This document shows, one piece after another, positions 53,837 through 64,000 of a stretch of DNA of 64,000 nt; position 1 is the stretch's first letter, and each line of letters opens with the position of its first letter. The stretch covers positions 1 through 64,000 of the forward strand of contig MCFE01000296.1 of assembly GCA_002104905.1 (NCBI GenBank), read 5' to 3'. The DNA comes from Basidiobolus meristosporus CBS 931.73 (Eukaryota; Fungi; Basidiobolomycota). Under the pieces are notes generated by a model. That model worked only from the letters and a program-made list of their open reading frames with translations, was not told the DNA's origin and did not search any database. Both the position numbers and the translations under genes were made by a program.

Positions 53837-54290
53837 GGTAGAAGTTATTTTCTAAACTCTACTGTACAAGGATCTCGTTACTACCAGCACTCGATATTCT
53901 TGTGGTTCGTGATGGCTTAGTGAAGCTCCTGGAGTTAACCAAGAATGTTAGTTGCATAAAAACTGTGGACGTTTTACTGATTTGGTACATTTGATTTTGT
54001 ATGCGTTTAATTCGGTGGACTATTGTACTCTTCAGCGCATGAAATTTCTCAGGGGACAATATCTCGGCTTTATCATATTTGCTAAATTTAAATGATTCTA
54101 TACTTTGTCTTGGGTATATGGAAATGGTTACATCATTATGAGCGTTGTGCGGACTAAATAAGGGCTTTGTTTATAAAGGCAATGGTCTTTCTCACGAAGC
54201 GAAAAATATCTCCTATAAGTGTTCTACTGACGACAAACTTCTCTCCAGAGTTTCCGTTCATTCGGCACTGGTATATTTCTTTTGACAACC

Positions 54291-55347
54291 ATGAGATACA
54301 TTAACGAAGACCAAGTCTTGGAAGCTACAAAAAATGAATGGAGTAATATCATTAACGATCTTGAACGCTCCTTTGTAGCCAAGACCATCACGCCGGAGCG
54401 AACCTCCATTCAAGTACCAAATGCTGGTGCCTCGCTGTTCATGCCTTGCTGGATAGAGGATGCCAACGTTGGAATAAAACTGGTGAGCGTCAGACCCGAG
54501 AATGCTAAGAAAGGACTTTCCACAGTACCCGCCACCATCATCCTTTTAGACGCTGAAACTGGCGCCACCGAGGCTCTTCTTCAGGCAACCACTATCACTC
54601 TTATCCGTACAGCAGGACGTAAGTGACAGAAACGATATTTTCTCGCGAGTCCAAACTGATCTCTCTTGGAATCTAGTTTCCGCAATTGCCACCCGCCATC
54701 TCGCCAACCCCAAATCTTCAACCTTGGTTATTTTTGGTGCTGGGAACCAAGCAAGATATCATGTACAAGCAATGCTGGCAGTTCTACCATCAATCAAGAG
54801 GGTGACCATATGCAATAGAAGCAGACAGAACGCAGACAAGCTGGCATCCACTCTCAGAGTTGAACATCCCGAGCTTGAATTTTCCGCTCTTGCTACCTCC
54901 GAGGATCCTGAAGCCACGCAAGCGGCTGTATCAGAAGCGGATGTCATCTGTACCACTACAAACTCTAACCAACCTTTATTTCCTGGCTCATGGCTGAAAG
55001 AGGGAGCACATTTGAATTGCATTGGTTCGTATACACCACAAATGCATGAATTCGATGCTGAGGCAATAACCCGCTCCCGGATCACCGTTGACACATATGA
55101 AGGCTGTCTTGAGGAAAGTGGTGAGCTGATTCAAGCTTTGGATCAAGGGATTATTCGGAAAAGTGATTTGCTAGCAGACCTGCATGAAATTTGTCAATAT
55201 AGTAAGAGCAACGCTCTAGACAAAATTCGCCGCCATGAACAAGATATCACATTGTTCAAATGTGTAGGAACTGCCATAGCGGATGTTTCGCTAGCAAGCT
55301 TTGTATTGAAGAAATGTGAGCAGTTGGGATTGGGCATGACCATTTAA
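54291..55347 (+). CDS. Ornithine cyclodeaminase / mu-crystallin family protein; one intron
   Basis: GIKLVSV, TLIRTAG, FGAGNQARYH, ADVICTTT, HLNCIGSYTPQMHE and TLFKCVGTAIAD. Confidence 0.88.
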
Positions 55348-55600
55348 TGTACTCGTTGTAAGCCCCACCATTGGCACGACTACGATATAAAATAATATCC
55401 ACATGTCAATTGAATTCGATTAATCTTACCAAATAATCCAAGATCTGATAAATTGTAAAACGAGCTGGAGAGCATGGACATGGCGGTGGGGTGGTCTATT
55501 TCTATTGGATGGCGCACCACAATTCTGGGAATTCTGGTTCAAATACATAGGTGAAAATCAAGTTGAGAGGAGTAGCTTCTTTGAAGGACTATTTTTGAGC

Positions 55601-56950
55601 ATGGAAGTCAATAGAGACGAGGCATTGAGATGCCTGGAGATTGCCAAAAAGCACTTCGCTGGCAACAACCGTGCCAGCGCGTTGAAGTTTGCTAAGAAAT
55701 CCATTGCCCTCTATCCTACCTCTGAGGCAGAGAAGTTTCTGTTGAAGGTAGAAGAATCCCCTGATGAGCCTTCTGATCCACCGCCTGCATACGAGGCTAC
55801 TGCCGCTTCCGAAGCCTCCACCACATCATCCAAGCCTAAGATTGCTGAGCACAACCCTGGTCGTCAAACGAAGTCGTACACGAAAGAGCAAGTAGACGCC
55901 GTCAAGAAAATCAAGACCTGCAACCCTAACGATTTTTACGCCATTTTGGGAGTTGAAAAATCCGCTAGTGAAGTACAGATAAAGAAAGCATATAGAAAAG
56001 TAAATTTCCACCGGCTGTGGTGTGCACTGAGCAGTAGACTAACGTTTCTCTTGACATTTGTAATGCGATAGCTGGCATTGCAATTCCACCCAGACAAGAA
56101 TTCTGCCCCTGGAGCCGACGAGGCCTTTAAACGTAGGTTTCTACTAGCCGACTCTTTGAGTATTTCTTGTTTCTAATGATCCTCTCCCTTGTAGTTATCA
56201 GCAAAGCCTTCTCTATTCTGAGTGATAGTGATAAGAAAGAGCAATATGATCGGTTTGGTTCTGATCCCGACTCCCGAAGCTCTGGCATGAACGGATTCGC
56301 CGGCAATGCTCGCGGCTTTCAGTTTGAAGATGAAATCAACCCTGAGCAGCTGTTCAATATGTTCTTTGGCGACTTTGGTGGTAAGTGGTCCTGCATCTTG
56401 TTAAGAGTATGGAGATTGTGCTGAGCGTTACAAAATGTTAGGATTTCAAGCCGCCACCTTTGCAGGTCGCGATGGAGTTCGCTACCGTCGGTATTATCAA
56501 GCGGGTCATGGCGCTCGCCGAGGCCCAGCTGAATCGGATACCTTTACATGTCTTAAATTGCTGCCGTTTATCCTTCTTTTCTTCTTCTCGATTTTTTCGT
56601 CATTATTCAGCAGCTCGAGCTCTGATCCGAGGTACTCCTTTGAGTTAAAAGGACAGTACAACTACCGCCGTGAGACTCCCAGACGTCATGTGGAATACTT
56701 TGTTAATTATAAGGAGTTCAATGATTACTTCTCAAACACTGCCACCAGTCCTAAGCTGAAGCAATACGAAGATATCGTGGAGAGTCAATATTATCGGTAC
56801 TTGGTTCAGCTTTGCAATCGCGAGCAACAGTTGAAGCGCCAAGCGATCCTCGAAGCTCAGGGATGGATGCCGTTTATGGTCGACAGGGAAAGACTCAAAA
56901 AAGCTCAGGAGATACCGCTACCCAGTTGCGAAAAAGCGCATGCCTTTTAA
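55601..56950 (+). CDS. ER membrane J-domain co-chaperone (Hlj1/DNAJB12-like, DUF1977-type C-terminus); multi-exon
   Basis: MEVNRDEALRC, J domain with HPD (QFHPDKN), G/F region, TM LLPFILLFFF and a luminal domain. Confidence 0.88.
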
Positions 56951-58875
56951 GCTAGCGGGACCAAGAAGATCACTACTCTTTCAAGCTGTCGCAAGTATAC
57001 ATAGGGATCCATGTGATGTTGATGCTTTGTTTCTAATGTAACTCTGTTCCTTGTACTCGCCTATTTCACTTTTCAGCGCTTTCAACCTACGCCATTCCTA
57101 CTTTGTAATCAGCCACATCCTTCAACGATCACAATTTACTCGTATCTATACTCTCCACTGACCTAGTATACTATTCCATTCAACAATTAATAAAATCCTA
57201 CATTGTAGCATGACATTTGAATAATGATTCTTCCAAACCGCCAAATTCGCTTGGGCAGTCGACCTGGTACTACATCAGTTTGTTGCTGCCAGAGAACATC
57301 TATACGAGACCAAGGGTAAGTTTCGGAATTCTATGCCCAAGGGACTTTATTCCGAATATGTAACCTATTGCACACACGTACCAAAACGGGTAGCAAAGCT
57401 AATTGTTGAGTATCCCTGGTTGAAGTAACTTCCCGTTGACTCTTTTACAAAGCTTGAAAAGACCCTAAAAAACTCAGGAAACGACCGGAGCGTTCTATTC
57501 TACAGGATTCTACCGAACTACTCGATTTGGGAGCCACGAACCAGGTAGATCCAAGCACAAGTGTGCTTTAGTTTTTTCAAGATGCAAGCAGGCTATTCAT
57601 TTGGCGCATATCCCTATATTGGCGCGAGCCCTAGTTATTTGTGTTGTATGTAAGTGCGCGAATGTAATTTTGCTGTGATTACCATTGGCAAGATTCAAAT
57701 ATGGGGCGTCAGGGAGGGAGTTGTAATATCGGACCAAAGCAATTTTGCACAAAAATAAAAGAATGACTGAAGAAGGAAGTTTGTGGACATGATTGTAGTG
57801 AATCATGCAGCAGTGTTCAGTTAGGTAGTCAGTGAAAGAGAACTTGACACAGTTGATATGTTCGTTGCATGTGGTGACCTGTCTGCCACCAGGACTCGTA
57901 TATTTATTCAGACCGGTTCGCAACCTTCGAACGTTGGAAGTCACTGCACTCTGAAGAGTCAGCGGAGTATGCAAAGGAATAAGGCCAGATAATTATTTTC
58001 TGAAGAGATCGCTTTGGACGCGCTAGCCTTCCAAGTCCCGCAAAGATAGGTTACTCTGGAAAATGGTATCGAACTGTTCTGGCGTGAAGAGATATTAGTG
58101 ACGTGATGATTCATGCATTAATTTCATTGTTTGATAGCTAATAATGCTCGAAGAGACGATTAACCACGCCTGCTAGCCACCGAAAGCTAAAAAGTCAAGG
58201 AGGCATTTCTTTGTTGGTTTTGTTAGGTAGCCCTCAACTGGTTCGACTATCCTTTCGATGTCGTTTCCAATGAAATCCTGCTCAAACTCAGCCAAGAACA
58301 CTGATCATTCCTCAACGGAGTCTTTCTTGACTACCAGAAGACTGTGTTTGTTAGCGAGAATGATGGTGAGGTCAGCTTGCTTCCTATATTTTATCCAGTA
58401 AAAACATGGTGTAAAGGCTCGAAAGTAATGGTCGTAACTCGTTTCAACGCAAAATAGACTAATCGACCTTCTCATTATCCACGCTTGTGGAGCTTAATTA
58501 ATTCTTATTGTCTCTACTGCAATATGATTCAAGTGGATTTTTCCTTGAATTTTCCATCAAATCTACTGCTTTCATGAAAGAAATAAATCAATTCCTCAGA
58601 CGCCAACCAAATCTAATTCTGATTTCCAATATATCGTATAAAATTATCTTTAGTTCAAACTAAACAGCGCGTGAAGTACTCACGAGCTCTTGAATACTGT
58701 AGAAAAAATCTTCAGTATTTGCATCTTGTTGACTCCTTCTTCAGTACAAGCAATCTGAAGGATAAGCCTTACTACTCACAGTAGACGTAATACTTTTTAA
58801 ACGCCAGCTTGTCCCGGGCATTTGCTAGGCGTTTGTTTCTCCAGGCAAATACACACCATACTGTAGATAGTAAAC

Positions 58876-61800
58876 ATGCTAATTTTGAAACCCGAGTGGA
58901 TTTCGCACGAAGGTACACTTCCTTGTTGCACTCCCCAGATTCCATACTTTTCCGCACAAGCTGACTTCCACCACTTATTTTAAGACGAAAAGAAGAAGAA
59001 GACGAGTATATTCTCATTGGACCTACATCCTGATGGGACACGCTTAGCAACAGGTGGTCTAGGTTTGAGCTGCTTTGCTATATCAAACATCGATCCCTTT
59101 TCAAGGGTTAAAGTTGCGTTTCGTTAGACACGAAAATCAAAATATGGAACATGGAGCCTATTCTCAATCTCACGGAGGAAGAAAACCCGGATGTACCAAA
59201 ACTTTTATCCACTATGGGCTTACACAACGGTATTCGCGTATGTTTCTCTGTTGACCAAATGCTTATTGTAAAAGCTCATGGAATCGGTTCTATTTCTTAG
59301 GCACGGTTTTGTGTCTCAGCTGGTCGAACGGTACTGGCCGTTATTTGGCCTCCGGTTCGGACGACAACATTATTCTCATATGGGAGTTGGATAGGTGCAT
59401 TACCATGGTCGTCATGAGTTCACTGCCCCCCTTTACTTACATACTTATTTTGAAAGATCCTCGGATGGATACGGAAGTGTTCCTTTTGGCAGTTTTGATG
59501 GCGTCGGTAATGTGGAGCATTGGAAAGCGGCGAGAAGATTGGCAGGACATGAGTCTGGTGATGATGCATCTGCATATTCGTACTAATCTTTGCTGGTCAC
59601 TAATTCCTGGGAATCGATCTACAGATGTTACCGACCTCTCGTGGTCTCCTGACAACCGTTATCTTGCTTCTTGCGGTTTAGACAGTCATGTGATTATTTG
59701 GGATACCGCGACTTTCGGTAGGTTGCACTTCAAGGATGTTTTTCGGGGTGGAGAGTAACGACCCATAATCTTATTATAGAGAGGGTCAAGAAAATAGATC
59801 AGCACCATGGTTTCGTGAAGGGTGTTACGTGGGATCCCGTTGGCAAGTATCTAGCGACGCAGGTATGAATTTTCTGAGCAAGCTCATCAACTTGCTAGGA
59901 GGCTTATGGACGTTCTCCATTACAGTCTGACGATAAAACGGTAAAGATCTGGCGAACATCGGATTGGTCGCTGGAGAAAAGTATTTCCGACCCTTTCACA
60001 CAGTCTGCTGGAACCACCTTCTTCCGTCGACTAAGGTTGGTGAAAGGATTATCTCTCTTGCCTGCGTTGCCAATCTAATTGAATTCCAAGTTGGTCGCCC
60101 GAAGGTTCTCATATCGCGGCAGCAAATGCCATTAACGGGTCAGTTCCCGTTGCCGCAGTTATTTCGAGAGATACCTGGAAATCAGACGTATCCTTGGTGG
60201 GCCACGATGCCGCCGTAGAAGTAGTGGTAAGCTATGGGCAACTCACTGGGTTCTTTGCATGGCCAAAACTGACCGTAATCTTGTACATATTCAGAAATTC
60301 AACCCGATCATGTTTCACCACAAGGACGTGAATACCACCGTAAGCTCGGCCAAGAGGGAGGAATTTCAAGACCTTACAGCAGTTTGTGCCGTTGGTAGTC
60401 AGGATCGAGGAATATCAGTGTGGATCAACAGAAATGCACGGCCTCTAGCGGTGGCCCAGTCTGTGTTTCAACATAGCGTGCTTGATCTCAGCTGGTAAGC
60501 ATCAATGTTACTAGTCCTACGGTCGCATTAGGTTTAAACATTCCCTGCTATTAGGAGCAGCAACGGACTTGTCTTATGCGGGTGCTCCTACGATGGGAGT
60601 GTGACTGTCCTTCAATTTAAGCAGGAAGAGTTTGGAGTGCCGTTAAGTAGCGAAGAAAAGGTAGACCTGGATATCATCCGTAGATCAGAGCATTTGTCTA
60701 ATCTCGAAATCCTCCATAGGATGTTCTACTGGCAAAATATGGCTACAAGAAAAAAGCCGTCATCATTGCCGAAACTCCAGATCAACTCTCGCTAGAGGAG
60801 GAAAATGCCGTCATAAATAAGAACCAGGCGTCCAAACGTATTGCGGACCTTATGGGTGGCGATTCGTCAAAGCCGACATCAATCACGAACGGGTCTGTCG
60901 AAACCCCGAAAACCCCAACTTTTCCCAGAAATAGCATGGCCACTCCTAGGTTAAAATCCAACAATGAAATACTTCGTCCATCCGCTGGTTTGACCTCAGG
61001 CTCTGGTGGCGCGCCTTCAACCCCAGTTCAACAGAAGGTAACGCTTACAAAAGACGGAAGAAAGCGAATACAGCCACAATTCCTTCGAGGGTATTTATTT
61101 GAAATTTGATCCTTTGTATCGGCTATAATCTCACGCATCCCCAGATTGTCGGGCCCTTCTGATGCCTCTCCCAACCTATCGCGAGCATCGCCCTCCCTGG
61201 TCAGTAATGTATTTGGCAAGTGACCGTCAGCCTTTGGATACTAACGCCAATTCCAGCCACGTTCAACTCACCCCGAGTTTGGGTTTGCTCGGTTGAATGC
61301 CCCCGTCGGTTCAGAAATCGAGGCAGACTCTGTTGCTAGTTGCCTTCCACAGGCAGATATCCCTACCATGGTTATTGGAAACAAAAGAAAAGATCACACC
61401 GAGGGTGGCCCTCATTCCAAGAAATCAAGCTTGAAGGTAAGAATTGTTGGAAAAATGCATATAGCCGTGGTATTATCTCACGAATTTCCGGACACAGGAC
61501 CCCAAGCCAATCGACTTGAATGGACTACAGCTGCCCTCGAACGTCGGGACATCTATAATAAAATTAGCGACACCTAAAATCAAGGCACATCTTATACGTA
61601 CCAAGGTCGGGGAGGTCTCCCGCACCCTGGAGTGCCACAACAGTCTCGACATGAAGGGTAAAGTAGATACATATGAGAACCAGCTCTTGGCCTGAAGCTA
61701 ACCAAAATCCCAACCAGAACCCTCGAAGATTTTATGCACGAAGAAAGGCACAATAGCCTGGATCGACTACCTTCCAAATCCAGTTGGGCTTCTTGTAGGG

Positions 61801-63001
61801 AACTCGCTGTTCACTGCTGCAGCGTGTGAAGATGGATGCTTACATGTCTACTCTTCCAGCGGAAGACGGTGTGGTTTGGCTCTTTTATGTGGAACCACTG
61901 ACATACTAATAATATATATATCTTTTATTGAAGCATTTTCCCCTGTATCATGCTGGACTCCCCATCCTCTTTTTTGGACTGCCATGGCCCTTACTTGATG
62001 TGTATAACCACATCTGGATTGCTAAGTGTCTGGTACGATACGTCGCAGTAAGCTTTCGCGCACCATTCGTATGGCTAACCGTCTTTCTCCAGGAACATTT
62101 TTGAACAACGAGCTATAATTACTTCTGTTTCGGTCGCACCGTTACTTCTAAATCCTAGCAATCTGTGTACCTCACCCGAAAGGATAACACACATCACCAC
62201 CGCCACTGTGCGTCCCCAAGGTATCCCCATCATTACCACAAGTGATGGGCATGGGTATACTTACCACTGTGGTATGGAGATATGGGTGCGAATAGCTGAT
62301 AAATGGTTTCTTGGATCTGAGTTTTGCGGCTCAGGGACTATTGTTACCGAAGAAAACAAAGGTGTATTATCTACACTTCAACGGGCATCGCTGAAAAATG
62401 CTGACCTGGATGAAGGGAAGGAGATGATCAACACATTGATGAGTAACAACTACGACGTGCAAAAAGCAATCACCATGGCACACCTAGAGGTATCGTGAGT
62501 CAGCCTATTGCGGTGAAGTCATTTCCTGAGGCTGATCGTTTTCCGAACACCATTAGACTTTCTTGGAGTCTTCGATACTCTTGAAATCCCCCCAGGAATA
62601 CCGCTATTGGCTCGTTTGTTACGCCAGACGTTTGGCTGATGAAACGGAGGTAGCTAAAATAGAAGAACTATGTAAAGATCTACTGGGGCCGAGTGAAAGG
62701 TAATCTCGCTAGTCTGCACACATGCACACACCAGGCCAACCACTCACATCGATGGAATCCATTCAAGCGCCAAGCCATCCGAAAAAAGTTTATGGCAGTC
62801 CACCATATTGGTATGTAACTAAGCCTCTTCTGTTCGTTGGATTGTTTCTGATCATTTCATTGGCGAGATTAGGGGATTCCCAAGCATGAACTACTTCAGG
62901 ATATCCTTCCGGTGCTATCCAGCAACCGTGCTCTCTTCAATATCACCTCCGAATACAAAAGAATGTTGGCTAATTTTGAGCAAACGAGTGTAAGCGAGTA
63001 A
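58876..63001 (+). CDS. HIR1: HIRA/Hir1 histone H3.3 chaperone; many exons
   Basis: MLILKPEW, WD40 repeats (LASGSDD, DVTDLSWSPD, VKGVTWDP, VLDLSW), B-domain TKDGRKRIQP and C-terminal Hira domain. Confidence 0.93.
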
Positions 63002-64000
63002 ACATCCCATGACTCGTATTGCCGTCATGTGAATAGACGTTCTCGATTATATCTGCACAATCTTGAAGGGTGTCTGTTCATCACCTTGTACACAAAGCTT
63101 GAGTTTCTGTTAACTATCTGTAGATTCTCCGAAAAAAAATAAATCTTCAACCATACGCATCTTGCTCACAATAGGGTTAGCACACAAAAGAGCCAGGCTC
63201 ATTGTCCTCAATCGACACCCTTCACCCTAGTTCCAATATGGGAATTTCTTTGTGATCGGAAGATTAAGGACCCTTTGTCGGTGATGGTCTATGCTATTGA
63301 GTTTCCATCTGTCCATTAACCAGTATGAGTTCTCTTTGTCCACCAAATATCTTTGAAACATGGATGGTGAAAGTTCGGCGTAAATGAAGATCTGTGTTTT
63401 GTCACTGTTTTCAATTCTGGTAACTGACATTCCACATGACTGTTGTGTTACGAGATATGCAATCGCCCTCTTAATTCATTGCGTGTTACCTAATCCATGG
63501 TGCCTCATGACTCAGCGGCCTACGGGTTCGTGAGTAGGTTACTGGATTGCAAATGTCCCTTCACTCGTTTCATACCTTCCGAATATAAATGCGTTATATA
63601 TCATCTCCACACCTCAACCTACATTACGATGTGTATTAAAGTAAGACTCCACCAATCAGAACATGTATACGGTGTGTGGGTGCGAAGATAACGAGGCTGT
63701 CGCCAACTGTCTTTCCAGTGACTCAAATGCATTGAATTATCCAGTTTTAGGTTAAATTCTTCGTTATAGGCTTACCTGGATTAGGAATAAGTTCTAATCA
63801 TCTCAACCCTCAAAGTCATAAGGGAATATATAGTTGAACTGGGTGAATTCCATTTGTTTTTTTACGTGCATATAGGCAGGGTTTCATGCATTCCTTTATT
63901 AAAATGGGTTGCTCCCATATTTGATCGTGGATACCAGGTATTTTAACATTTCTAGGTCTCGCCTGTTAATTATTTTGACCCTTTTCTCCTTCCTTTCTGA

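Noticed and set aside
43216-63001. Rrn5-like, HEN1 and HIRA as a chromatin or silencing gene cluster
   Set aside because: They are interspersed with unrelated housekeeping genes and show no shared regulatory motif; likely ordinary gene order.
63227-63760. Short ORFs at the window end
   Set aside because: They may be terminal exons of a minus-strand gene outside the window, but there is no recognisable motif to support a call.

Overview
Eukaryotic, intron-rich fungal-type DNA; gene content and short GT-AG introns suggest an early-diverging fungus (inference). The window has two compartments. (1) About 1-28,250 is an AT-rich, strongly CpG-depleted transposon block that can be reconstructed as nested insertions from intact target-site duplications. 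One ~350-bp Ty1/copia LTR family occurs ~14 times. There are three TSD-bounded copia elements (6497-15029, 17217-27535, 22627-27311), a PIF/Harbinger-type element (2027-6476), two copies of a related ~735-bp fold-back hairpin, and a decayed CACTA/En-Spm transposase. (2) About 28,300-64,000 is CpG-rich and genic: a secreted MABP-repeat metallophosphoesterase, an NDP-glucose 4,6-dehydratase, a peroxisomal D-amino-acid oxidase, a GATA factor, an Rrn5-like Myb protein, RPL37, HEN1, an ADC-lyase-like class IV PLP enzyme, a PXA-RGS-PX sorting nexin, an ornithine cyclodeaminase/mu-crystallin, an Hlj1/DNAJB12-like co-chaperone and HIRA. The best leads are a copia family with a Ty5-type half-tRNA primer site and an LISSPP integrase motif (cf. 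Ty5 LDSSPP) that nests into itself, Harbinger fold-backs with co-varying arms that occupy the same TTA of that LTR, and a CpG-retaining island inside the Harbinger element. Coordinates of intron-containing genes are hand-read spans and all counts are manual.
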